This document shows positions 16,738 to 25,897 of a DNA stretch of 64,000 bases, one piece after another. The notes beneath the pieces were generated by a model. The model did no database searches. It was given only the letters and a program-made list of their open reading frames with translations, and was not told the origin of the DNA. The stretch spans positions 96,001-160,000 of the forward strand of contig JBIJDH010000016.1 of assembly GCA_044344255.1 (NCBI GenBank), given 5' to 3'. The DNA comes from Myxococcota bacterium (GTDB lineage: Bacteria > Myxococcota_A > UBA796 > UBA2385). Numbering within the stretch: the stretch's first letter is position 1; each line of letters begins with the position of its first letter. A program made the position numbers and the translations under genes.

Positions 16738-19485
16738 TCAGCCCCCGCCCTTCGGACCGCCGCGCCCCCGCCGCTCGCGGAGGATGGCCTCGGCCTGTCG
16801 GCGGAGCTCGGGGAAGCTGGGGCGCAGGTCGCGGTTGGCGAGGGCCTCTCCGGTCGCGCGGATGACGAGCTCCTCTCGGGGGCCCACGGGCGGGTCCTGC
16901 TGCTGGGCGTCGAGCCAGGCGGAGAGGTGGCCGCGGACGGGCACGCGGCTGCGGGAGACGGCGTCTTGCAGCAGGCGCCAGGTGCCGCCGGCGGGCTGGT
17001 AGCGCTGGGGCGCCTCGCCGCTGAGGCGGAGGACTGGCCCCCAGCCGAGGAAGGAGGGCTCGATCCGTCGCAGGTTCTGCGCGATCGACAGCCAGACCTC
17101 GTAGGTGGGCTGACCGAGGACCTGCGGGCGATGGAGGGTGAGCGCGAGGGCGGGCCAGGTCTCTCGCAGGGGCTCGTCGGCGGGCGGGAGGCGGGCGGGG
17201 ATGGAGGCGACGAATTCACCGGCGACCACGCTCGCCTCGAAGCCCTGGAGCTGGAGGTGGGCCACCCGGGAGCGGTGCGGCGCGGCCGGGAGCCCTGCGG
17301 GGCTCGGCGAGCTCTCGGCGCCGCCGCGGGCGACGGGGTCCCAGTCGAAGAGCTCGTCACAGAGCACGAGCAGCGCCGCGACGGGGTCGAGGACGCTGTC
17401 GATGACCTGCGTGGTGACGCCGTGCAGCAGCACCGCGCGGAGGGCCGGCAGCAGGATGTCCTTCGGGGTGTCGGGCACCTCGCGGGCCATTCGCGCGAGG
17501 TACCAGGCGCCGAGCAGCGCGTGGTCGGGCGCGCCCTCGGTCACCTGTCGGTCTATCCAGGACCGCATCTCGGCGTCGCGCGTGGGGTGGAGGAGCTCGT
17601 AGGGGTCGAGCTCCTCGGCGCAGCGGCGGGCCACGGAGCGGCCGGTAGCGCGGAGGGCCTGGTCGATCTCGGTGACCGTGGCCTCGACAGAGCGATCCCC
17701 GTGGATGAAGGGGGGCCCCGGCAGCCGATAGTGCGGAAACAGTCGCATGCCGACGTCGTGGAAGAGGGCGGTGAGCGCGAAGGTCTGTCGGAGCTGATAG
17801 ACCGCGTGCTCTCCTGGGGCGTGGCCGGTGCGGGAAGCCAGCGCCTCGGCGAGGGTCCTGGGCGCGTCCTCCGCCGTCTCTTCGCGGGGCGCAGCCTCCC
17901 AGCGCAGGCGGAGCTCCATCAGGAACTCGCCGACCATGTAGACGTCGAGCACGTGCTGGAGGTGCCCCGTGCTGAAGATGTGGCCCTCCGCGCCATCGGA
18001 GCGGCCGATCTCGTCGATGATGACGCCGAGGTCGAGCGCGCGCGGGAGGCCGACCATGACGGTGGCGTGGTGCTCCACGAGGGCAGACAGGGCCTGTCGG
18101 AGGGTGCTCTGCGGCTGAAGGAAGGCCCAGGGGAGGTCGGCGGGGCGGAGGGCGTCGCCGCGGGGGCCGCTCTCCAGCCAGCGGGTGTGGTCCTCCAGCC
18201 GCAGGCACTCGCGCAAGGCATAAGCGAGGTCGCCCTGGAGGCGCCGCTTCCCGCCGGCCCCGCGGACCAGCCCACCGGCGCTCGGGTGGAGGACGAGGCG
18301 GGAGACGAACCAGAGGCGGAGCCAGCTCCGGAGGCGCTCCCCGTCGGCGCACCAGGCCTCCACCAGCACCCGCGGCAGAGCGTGAGCGGTCTCGGCGCGG
18401 GCGAGCGCCCAGGCGTGCTCCGCGGCCTCGGCGTCGGCGCGGCCCTCGGCGGCGCGCTGGACCCATTGGTGGGTCTGGGTCCAGCGGGCGAGCAGGGACA
18501 GGCGGCCAGCTCCCTCGTCTATCCCTGTCGGTTCGAGCTCTCCCACCGCGGCCTGGAGCATCCGGGAGAGCTCGAGGGGGAGGTAGGAGACGCCGACCCC
18601 GTCGGTCTCCCGCGCCGCCTCGGCGTACGCGCGCACGGCCTGTCGGGCGGCGCGCACCTCCTCGACCTCGCGGTCCTCTCGGCCGGTGCCATAGACGAGG
18701 TTCAGCACCCATCGGGTGAGCACGTCGAGGATCACCCGCAGCTCTCCCGCGATCACGCTGTGCCCCTCTCGGGTGGCTTGCTGCTCGAGGGTCACCGCCC
18801 GCTCGAAGAGCGCGCGGGCCTCGTCGACGAGGCGGGCGAGGCGGGGCTCCATCTCCCGCCGCTCCTCGACGGGGCGCTGGGCCTCGCTCGTGAGGGCGCG
18901 CACCTCTCCTTCGAGCTCCGCCTTGGAGCGCGCGGCCGCGACGCGCCGCCCGCGGACGTCCTGTCGGACGTGGCCCTTGGTGAGCTGGAAGATCTGCTTC
19001 CAGCCAGTCCGATAGGACTGGACCATGCTCGCGAGGTGGGTGTATCGCACCTCGTCGGCCTCCTTCGGCTCGCCGAGCTGGAGGATGAGCAGGTCTTTCC
19101 CTTGTCTGTCTACTTCCCCGTAGATCACGACGAGCGAGCTCTGTCCCTCGGGGCTGAGCGTCACCCTGCCATCGAAGTAGCCGCCGCCCTGGGAGAGGCG
19201 GTCGAGGATGGTGTCGAGCGTCTCCTCCAAGGGCGGCAGGGCGTTGGGCTCGGGGTTGTGGGCCTCGTCGCGGAGGTGGACGCCGCGCTCCACCCGCCCG
19301 TAGGGGCCGCTCTCGTGGCGCCAGAGCACGCGGACCGCGCGGGCGGTGAAGACGCGGCTGACCGCCATCGCGAGGTGGTGCTCGACGCTGTCTTCCTCTC
19401 CCTCGGCGGCGTTCCCCGCCTCGGAGAGGCGCTTGACGACGTGGCCGGTGAGGAGGGCGAGGGTCTCCTCGGCGGGCTCGCTCAT
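16738..19485 (-). CDS. Large HD-superfamily metal-dependent phosphohydrolase with N-terminal helical/coiled-coil region
   Basis: TGHLQHVLDVY, ALFHDVG, DHALLGA, LLHG, LLVLCDELFDW; ATGA overlap with the upstream receiver gene. Confidence 0.75.
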   Translation of the reverse strand: MSEPAEETLALLTGHVVKRLSEAGNAAEGEEDSVEHHLAMAVSRVFTARAVRVLWRHESGPYGRVERGVHLRDEAHNPEPNALPPLEETLDTILDRLSQGGGYFDGRVTLSPEGQSSLVVIYGEVDRQGKDLLILQLGEPKEADEVRYTHLASMVQSYRTGWKQIFQLTKGHVRQDVRGRRVAAARSKAELEGEVRALTSEAQRPVEERREMEPRLARLVDEARALFERAVTLEQQATREGHSVIAGELRVILDVLTRWVLNLVYGTGREDREVEEVRAARQAVRAYAEAARETDGVGVSYLPLELSRMLQAAVGELEPTGIDEGAGRLSLLARWTQTHQWVQRAAEGRADAEAAEHAWALARAETAHALPRVLVEAWCADGERLRSWLRLWFVSRLVLHPSAGGLVRGAGGKRRLQGDLAYALRECLRLEDHTRWLESGPRGDALRPADLPWAFLQPQSTLRQALSALVEHHATVMVGLPRALDLGVIIDEIGRSDGAEGHIFSTGHLQHVLDVYMVGEFLMELRLRWEAAPREETAEDAPRTLAEALASRTGHAPGEHAVYQLRQTFALTALFHDVGMRLFPHYRLPGPPFIHGDRSVEATVTEIDQALRATGRSVARRCAEELDPYELLHPTRDAEMRSWIDRQVTEGAPDHALLGAWYLARMAREVPDTPKDILLPALRAVLLHGVTTQVIDSVLDPVAALLVLCDELFDWDPVARGGAESSPSPAGLPAAPHRSRVAHLQLQGFEASVVAGEFVASIPARLPPADEPLRETWPALALTLHRPQVLGQPTYEVWLSIAQNLRRIEPSFLGWGPVLRLSGEAPQRYQPAGGTWRLLQDAVSRSRVPVRGHLSAWLDAQQQDPPVGPREELVIRATGEALANRDLRPSFPELRRQAEAILRERRGRGGPKGGG

Positions 19486-20003
19486 GGCGTGGGCCCCCCG
19501 CGGCGGTCGACCGCGTGCCGGGCCCGCTCGAGGAAGTCGGTGAGGTCTGTGAGGGCGACCGGCTTCTCCACCAGCCGCTGGTCGGCGTCCGCGTCGCTGG
19601 CGCGCCGGATGGCCTGTTCGACCAGCGTGTCGAAGTAACCAGAGACGATCGCCACGGGCAACACCCGGTTCTCCGGCAGGGGCGGCGTGGAGAAGAAGGG
19701 CTGTGACAGGGCGTTGTCGGCGAAGGGCATCTGTGGCGGCGGCTCACCCCTGCGCAGCCACCACAGCAGCGTGGCCCCGCCCCACACCCGCGGCTGGGGC
19801 TCATTCGTGACGCCGCTGCCCTTTCGGTAGGGGAACATCTGATCGAGGAGCATCGCGTCGAAGCGGCGCGCCGAGAGCAGGCCGGCGGCCTCGGTGATGT
19901 CACGGGCCCAGGTCACCGCCCAGCCGCGGCGGCGGAGCTCCTCGATCTCGTAGCTGAAGCGGTCCGAGCCGTCGTCGTCGGCCCAGAGGAGCTGCTCAGG
20001 CAT
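19482..20003 (-). CDS. Stand-alone response regulator receiver with internal insertion
   Basis: LWADDD acidic pocket, MLLDQMFP phospho-acceptor Asp, IVSGY, VEKP. ATG at 20003 overlaps the kinase end by 8 bp. Confidence 0.85.
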   Translation of the reverse strand: MPEQLLWADDDGSDRFSYEIEELRRRGWAVTWARDITEAAGLLSARRFDAMLLDQMFPYRKGSGVTNEPQPRVWGGATLLWWLRRGEPPPQMPFADNALSQPFFSTPPLPENRVLPVAIVSGYFDTLVEQAIRRASDADADQRLVEKPVALTDLTDFLERARHAVDRRGGPTP

Positions 20004-23000
20004 GACGCGCCTTCCATCCGTGAGGGAGGGTGAGGGTGAAGGTGACCTTGTAGGGGGTGCGGTCATCGGGTGCGCCCGGGCGGTGCGACGCGATCTCGCA
20101 GGTGTGAGAGAGCGTGCCGCCGTGCGCCAGGGCGATGGCGCGGGACAGGAAGAGGCCGATTCCCTCTCCGGGGATGGCCCGCACGGGATCACGGCGGTCG
20201 ACCCGCTGTCCGGGCTCGTAGATGGCCTCGGCGGACTCATTCGGGATCTCGGCGCCGATGTCAGTCACCCGGATGCGCGCGGCGCGCTCGTTGTTACGGA
20301 CGTCGACCGTGACCTCGCGATGGTGGAAGGCGTACTTCCGCGCGTTGTCGAGCAGGTTGGAGAGGGCGAGGTCGATCATCGGGCCGTCAAAGCGGAAGGT
20401 GAGGTCACCTGGCGGCACATCGACGCTGACCTCGATGCCGCGGGTGTGGAAGGCCTCTCGGTATCGGTCTACGCAGCGCAAGACGAGCTTGCGGAGCGAC
20501 TCGTCTCTCGGGCGTACGTCGAGGGTCCGGCTCTGTCGGAGCGTGGCGTAAGAGCGCTGCGTGTCCCGCCAGAGGCGCAAGATCTCGGTCTCCTCGGCGA
20601 TGCGCCCGACGAGCTTCGGCACCTCGACGTTCTTGAGCTCACTCGACGACATGATCTGAGCGAGGCGCTTCGCGCTGGAGGTGAGGCCCTGGACCGGCCC
20701 GAGCACGGCGTGTCGAAAGAGGCCCTCTTGAAAGCGAGCCTCATCCGCGATGATCTCGCTGTGCAGGAGGATGCTCACCTCGCGGGCCGCCTCCTGGACG
20801 GTGCCGTGGTCGAGCGGACGGAAGGGGTGCCCGTCGAGCACGAAGAGGTGGCCGCCGAGCTGGGGCCGGCCGTGGAGGCGGAGCGGCATCCCGAGCCCTG
20901 CGGGGGAGGGTCTATCCGGGAGGTGCGCGCCGACGTCCCACTCCACCACCTGGCCCTTCTGCGCCTGAGAGAGCGCGTAGAGGCGGTCGAGCGCGGGGAG
21001 GGCGGCCGGGGCGCGGAGCAGGGCCTGGCCGTCATGGGTGGTGGCGATGAGGGCCACCGTGGCCCCCGGCCGGCGCAGATACCGGCGGACCCAGGGCTGG
21101 AGGTCGCGGATCGTGGCCTCGCCGAGCTCGGCGCCGGTGAAGCCGGTGAGCCCGTGGGAGATCTGGTTGAGCGCGTCCTGGAGGCGCTGGCGGAGCACCC
21201 GCGCCGCCTCCGAGGCCGCCCGGCGGGCCACGGCCTCGACGAGGCGCGCGTGCTCCTCGGTGAGGAAGGGGCCGTTCGTGGGGGTGACCACCTTGAGGAC
21301 GCCGAGGCTGTGGCCCTGGTGGAGGAGGGGGGTGGTGAGGACGGACCGGACGGGGTGGGTCCAGCCTGCGCGCCGCCGCAGCGCCTCGAGCCCCTCGTGG
21401 TTGAGCTGGCGGGTGAGGGGGTCGCGGCTGTCGGAGGCGTCGATGATGCGCAGCGACTCCCCGCGCTCCATCGCCGCGCGAGAGAGGCCGGGAGAGCCCG
21501 GGAGCGGGCTCAGCGTCGCCCGCTGGGTCGCAGGGGCCCAGGCGGTGATGGTGAGATCGTCTCGGTCGCCAAAGTAGACGATGACCACGCTGGTGCCGAC
21601 GGCGTCCTGCAGGCGCTCGGCGGCTGTCTCCAACACCTCCTCTGGGCTGCCGCCGCGGGCCGCGACCTCGCCCACCGTGTCGACCGCCCACTGGATGAAG
21701 GAGCCGAGGTGATTGGGGAGCAGGCTCCCCGAGTAGGTGATGAAAGACTGGACGTAACGGTCCCGAAAGGCGCCGGAGAAGGTGTGACCGAGGCCGCGCA
21801 CCCCCTCCGGGCAGAGGGTGAGGATCACGCCCCGAACGGGATCTCCGGGGCGATCCCTCAGCCAGCCGCTGAGGGTGGGCACGAGGGCGCCGCGGGCGCT
21901 GGGGGCCCCGTCGGGGCCGCCGTAGGCCCGGTCGGGCAGGGTGGGCGGGGAGGTGGGCTGGTCGCCGAGGAAGGCGTCGAGGATGGCCTGTCCCCAGCCC
22001 GCCGGGTCGGACCCGGCCTCGACGTTGAGCTGGCGGGCCCAGGCGATGTCGCGGTTCTCGGGGAGGCTGCGAGACCAGGAGGCCCGATAGAGGAAGTGGC
22101 CCACCCGCTCCTGATCATGATGGAGCGTGATGGCGTGGTGACAGGCGGAGAGGGAGATGACCGCCTCGAGCACGTCGTGCAGGGCGTCCATCGGCCGGCG
22201 GTCGGCGCTCAGCTTGCGGGCGAGGGCCCCCATCGCGCGGTTCTCGGCCTCGATGTGGTGCAGCGCCATCACCCGCACGCAGGCCGCGGAGACGTGGTCG
22301 GCGAAGAGGCGCAGCGAGTCGATGTCGAAGGTGGTGTCGAAGCCCTCTCCCGCCCGTCGCCACACGGCGAGCACCCCGGCCGCCCGCCCCTCGTGGTGGA
22401 GGGGCACGAAGATCTGGTGCCGCTCGTCGTCGGGGACAGGCTCCTCCCAATACTGGCCGGAGGGGCGAACCTGGAGGGGCAGCCACTGGCCTTGGTCTCC
22501 CACCCAGGTGGGGTCAGGGTCGCCGGGGTGGTTCGGGTGGCGGGCGATGGCCCAGTGATCGTGGGCCAGCACCCAGTCGGCGAGGCCCTTCTGGGCGTCG
22601 AGCGGGAGCACCCGGCTCTCCTTTCGCCCCATCCCCGTCCGATAGACCTGCTGGATCCCGGGCTCGCCGTCGCGCGAGGTGCGGAGGAAGACCTTGGCGC
22701 CGTCGGCGGAGAGCTGCCGGGCGATGACCTGGGCCACCTGCTCGAGGGCCTCCCGCGGATCGGCGGCGCGGGCCAGGGTGGCGCTGATCTGGACCACCGC
22801 CTCGCTGTCGGAGGCCCGGCGGGCGAGCTGGATGGCGAGGCGGAGGTCATCGGACAGGCGCCCCACATCGTGGACGCCGTCCTCGGAGGCGGGGGCGCTG
22901 TCGAAGGTGGCCATCACCCAGGCGATGGCGCGGATGGGCTCGTTGGTGTGCAAGGGAGCCCGGGGCACCACGCGGGTGATCACGGCGGTGAGCCCCTCGA

Positions 23001-24186
23001 TGAGGTCGCTCAGCACGCGCTCGCCGCCGCCTTCGGTGGTCCAGCCCTCGTCCATGACGGCGGGGAGCTGGGGGGGCGGCCGAGGCGCGTGTTCGGTGAT
23101 CCCCGTCCAGCTTGGCTCGGTCTCGCCGGGGACACAGAGGCCGACCCACAGATCGACGAGGCCGGGGCTGCGGGCATAGAGCTGGATGCTCTGTGTCAAG
23201 AAGGGAGACAGCGCCGCCTGGAGCCCCCGAGGCTGTCGGCTCGCCTCGGGGAGCCGAGAGAAGTCCATCAGGGCCTCGATCGTGGCGCGGTGCTCGGCCT
23301 CGATCCGATGCCGGTCCGGGCGGCGGGCCCAGGCCGCCCCGGCCACCCGGGCCAGGGCGGCGAGCTCATCGAGCTCGGGGGCGGTGGGGAGGAAGGGCTC
23401 CCGCCAATAGAGGTTGAGGACCGCGGGCTCCTCGGCGGTGCCCGAATGACCGAAGGCAACCGGGATGGACAGGGCCCCCCGATAGAGCTGACCCATGGGA
23501 TAGGGTGTGATCGAGGGCGCCCGCCGCCCGTCGGGGACCACCACCGTCTCCGCCCGCTCGATCGTGAGCCTCGACAGGTTCGCCGGCGGGTTCCATTCGT
23601 GGGCCGTGGGGTCCCAGCGCTGGGGCCGGATCCCGCGCTCTCCGGGCACGAGGACCAGAAACTCCGTGTCGTCCTGAGGGAGCAGCGCCGCGAGGCTGAG
23701 ATCGGCCCCCAGCAGCTCCTGGGCGACTCGGGCCACCTGGAGGAGCACAGACTCTGGAGACTGACCGAGAGACTGCTGCACCCCGAGCTGGGCGGCGCGC
23801 GAGGGGCGGAGAGGCTCCTCGGCGAGGCGCCGGAGGGCCTCGGCGATCGGGGGGAGCATCCAGGCGTCGAAGGGGCGGCGCCACCAGGACAGGCCGCCGC
23901 ACTGCCGGATCAGGGCGCCGATGCCGGTGGGCGGTGGATCCTCCCCGACGAGCACCGTGCTCGCGCGGGTCACGGCGGCGCCCATCCCCTGGAGCAGGGA
24001 GACCCCCTCCGCCCAGCGCTCCCCCACCCAGACGAAGACCCCCTGGTGAATGCCCACCCGGTCCCGCAGCACGAGCGAGAGGTCAATGTCATCGACCCGC
24101 CAGGCGGCGGAGAGGAGGGCGTGGTGGACCTCCGGCGGCGGCGTGGCCCCTGGGAGCGCGGTCAGTCGGGCGATGGGGATCTTCAT
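19996..24186 (-). CDS. Soluble multi-GAF sensor histidine kinase
   Basis: H-box FRHAVLGPVQGL, N-box ALSNLLDNARKYA, DIG, GEGIGLFLS; GAF signatures ALSIPV...VLNLY, IFVPL...GVLAVW, VLTTPL...GVLKV, GMPL...GHLFV; no TM helix seen. Confidence 0.9.
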   Translation of the reverse strand: MKIPIARLTALPGATPPPEVHHALLSAAWRVDDIDLSLVLRDRVGIHQGVFVWVGERWAEGVSLLQGMGAAVTRASTVLVGEDPPPTGIGALIRQCGGLSWWRRPFDAWMLPPIAEALRRLAEEPLRPSRAAQLGVQQSLGQSPESVLLQVARVAQELLGADLSLAALLPQDDTEFLVLVPGERGIRPQRWDPTAHEWNPPANLSRLTIERAETVVVPDGRRAPSITPYPMGQLYRGALSIPVAFGHSGTAEEPAVLNLYWREPFLPTAPELDELAALARVAGAAWARRPDRHRIEAEHRATIEALMDFSRLPEASRQPRGLQAALSPFLTQSIQLYARSPGLVDLWVGLCVPGETEPSWTGITEHAPRPPPQLPAVMDEGWTTEGGGERVLSDLIEGLTAVITRVVPRAPLHTNEPIRAIAWVMATFDSAPASEDGVHDVGRLSDDLRLAIQLARRASDSEAVVQISATLARAADPREALEQVAQVIARQLSADGAKVFLRTSRDGEPGIQQVYRTGMGRKESRVLPLDAQKGLADWVLAHDHWAIARHPNHPGDPDPTWVGDQGQWLPLQVRPSGQYWEEPVPDDERHQIFVPLHHEGRAAGVLAVWRRAGEGFDTTFDIDSLRLFADHVSAACVRVMALHHIEAENRAMGALARKLSADRRPMDALHDVLEAVISLSACHHAITLHHDQERVGHFLYRASWSRSLPENRDIAWARQLNVEAGSDPAGWGQAILDAFLGDQPTSPPTLPDRAYGGPDGAPSARGALVPTLSGWLRDRPGDPVRGVILTLCPEGVRGLGHTFSGAFRDRYVQSFITYSGSLLPNHLGSFIQWAVDTVGEVAARGGSPEEVLETAAERLQDAVGTSVVIVYFGDRDDLTITAWAPATQRATLSPLPGSPGLSRAAMERGESLRIIDASDSRDPLTRQLNHEGLEALRRRAGWTHPVRSVLTTPLLHQGHSLGVLKVVTPTNGPFLTEEHARLVEAVARRAASEAARVLRQRLQDALNQISHGLTGFTGAELGEATIRDLQPWVRRYLRRPGATVALIATTHDGQALLRAPAALPALDRLYALSQAQKGQVVEWDVGAHLPDRPSPAGLGMPLRLHGRPQLGGHLFVLDGHPFRPLDHGTVQEAAREVSILLHSEIIADEARFQEGLFRHAVLGPVQGLTSSAKRLAQIMSSSELKNVEVPKLVGRIAEETEILRLWRDTQRSYATLRQSRTLDVRPRDESLRKLVLRCVDRYREAFHTRGIEVSVDVPPGDLTFRFDGPMIDLALSNLLDNARKYAFHHREVTVDVRNNERAARIRVTDIGAEIPNESAEAIYEPGQRVDRRDPVRAIPGEGIGLFLSRAIALAHGGTLSHTCEIASHRPGAPDDRTPYKVTFTLTLPHGWKARHA

Positions 24187-24192
24187 TCGGGT

Positions 24193-25608
24193 TCAGAGAC
24201 CCCAGCGACGGAGGCGCTCGTCGGCCCTCCGGAGGAGCGTGACGCGGCTCGGCGCCCCGGCGAAGACCTTGGTCACCAGCCACTCGCGGGCCCCGCGCTG
24301 GCGCAGGAGCTCGGCCACGTCGGGGCCGGGGGCCTCCGCGGCGCCCTTGGCGGACTGACCGACCCGCTCCCAATAGCTGTCCTCGTGCAGGACCATCAGC
24401 CGCCGCAGGGCCGGCCAGCGCTCGGTGGCGGCGATCCACTCGGCGAGCACGCTGTTGTCGGCCGCCGTGGGGCCCGCCCGCAGGGCGCCCTCGCCGGCTT
24501 CGAAGCGGCGCACGAGGCCGAAGCGGTCAATGCACCTGCGCATCAGGCGGGGGTTGGCGAAGACCGGCTGGACGAGGACGTCGGTGAGCGAGTGGAGCTC
24601 ATTCGGGTCCCGCTGCCGGGCGTCGGGGACGGCGTGGGAGAAGAAGCGGGAGACGAGCGAGGTGGCCTCGTCGCGGGCCGGCCCGGGGACCGCGAAGGCC
24701 AAGGGGAACATCTTCTCGAGGTAGCGGTTGCCGTCGTACCCATCGAGGCCGTGGAACTTGCGGGTGATGGCCAGCGTGAGGAGCTGGCGGTCCATCGCGA
24801 CCACGAAGTGGCAGGGCAGGTGGGCCCCATGGGCGAGCAGGGCGCGGATCTGGTCGAGCAGGCGCACTGCCTGGTCGGGGTCACAGCGGTCGAGGTCGTC
24901 GATGAAGACCACCGGCAGGCGATCGACGGCGGGGGCGGCCCCTTCGGGTGGGGTCCGCGCCCAACCCTCCTCGAGCAGGCGGCCGAGCTGCGACCGGAGC
25001 TGGTCCATCGGGTCGCCCTGCGGCGGCCCCTCGACCCGCGCGCCCTGCTCCGACATCTCGGTGAGGTTCTTGACCGTGAGCCCGCTGACCATCGCCGTCA
25101 CTGCCTGGGTGGCGGCGCCCGTGGCGGCCCCCGTGACCGGCCCGCCGAGGAGCCCGCCGAGCAGGCCGGCCAGCGTGGGGGCCCCGCGCAGGGCGGCGTG
25201 GGTGGCGAGGTTGAGGATCCGCGCCCCGAGGCTCTGCATGTCCTGGCGCTGGTGGAGCTCAGCGGGGAGCGCGTCCCAGACGGCCCGCACGAGGGCCGGG
25301 AGGAGCACGCCCTCCCCCTCGTGGCGCCAGGCGTCGAACCAGATCGTGCGCGAGGTGGCGCCCGGCCGGGGATCGGCGGCGTCAAGGAAGTGCTGGATCC
25401 CCTTGAGCAGCGTGGTCTTGCCGGTGCCCCAGTCGCCCGTGATCAGGATCGGGAAGTCGGGCCCGCGGCCGCGCGCCTGGCCGTGGCGGGGGATGTCGTC
25501 CATCAAGGCCGCGATGTTGTGCGCCAGATCGTAGAGGCCGCGCCAGGGGGGCTTGGCCTCGGCGGGCCAGGTGACCTGGTCGCCGCCGAGCAGGATGCGG
25601 TGGGTCAT
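24193..25608 (-). CDS. KAP family P-loop NTPase
   Basis: Walker A GDWGTGKTT, WFDAWRHE, Walker B VVFIDDLDRC, FVVAMD, YLEKMF, NPRLMRR; Gly/Ala-rich hydrophobic insert between the Walker motifs; 6-bp gap to the kinase. Confidence 0.93.
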   Translation of the reverse strand: MTHRILLGGDQVTWPAEAKPPWRGLYDLAHNIAALMDDIPRHGQARGRGPDFPILITGDWGTGKTTLLKGIQHFLDAADPRPGATSRTIWFDAWRHEGEGVLLPALVRAVWDALPAELHQRQDMQSLGARILNLATHAALRGAPTLAGLLGGLLGGPVTGAATGAATQAVTAMVSGLTVKNLTEMSEQGARVEGPPQGDPMDQLRSQLGRLLEEGWARTPPEGAAPAVDRLPVVFIDDLDRCDPDQAVRLLDQIRALLAHGAHLPCHFVVAMDRQLLTLAITRKFHGLDGYDGNRYLEKMFPLAFAVPGPARDEATSLVSRFFSHAVPDARQRDPNELHSLTDVLVQPVFANPRLMRRCIDRFGLVRRFEAGEGALRAGPTAADNSVLAEWIAATERWPALRRLMVLHEDSYWERVGQSAKGAAEAPGPDVAELLRQRGAREWLVTKVFAGAPSRVTLLRRADERLRRWGL

Positions 25609-25897
25609 TGGGGACCTCGGGGATGCGTCACCATGCCGGCAGTGTAGCCCGGGCGCCTGATTCGGGGCGGTCAGTCCTTGACCGGCCGGTCGCATGGCCG
25701 GGCGGGGGAGCGCTCGGAGCGGCGCGCTGCGGCAGAGGCGCCGCCTCTCCCCGAGAGGCGCGGACCTTGGCCGGGTGGAGTGGCCCTCTCGGGCGCCTCG
25801 GCGACGATCAAGCCCCCGTCGATGTCCATCGGTCCCGTGGCACGCCGCTTTGGGTGGCATGGGGCTTGCTTTCTGGGCCGAGCGCGCTGGAGTCAAG

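Noticed and set aside
20002..25647. 1881-aa plus-strand ORF and other very long antisense ORFs (e.g. 1383-3812, 16927-19638, 40111-42612, 50610-52427)
   Set aside because: Shadow ORFs of GC-rich genes on the opposite strand; no motifs, while the overlapping strand carries clear domain signatures.
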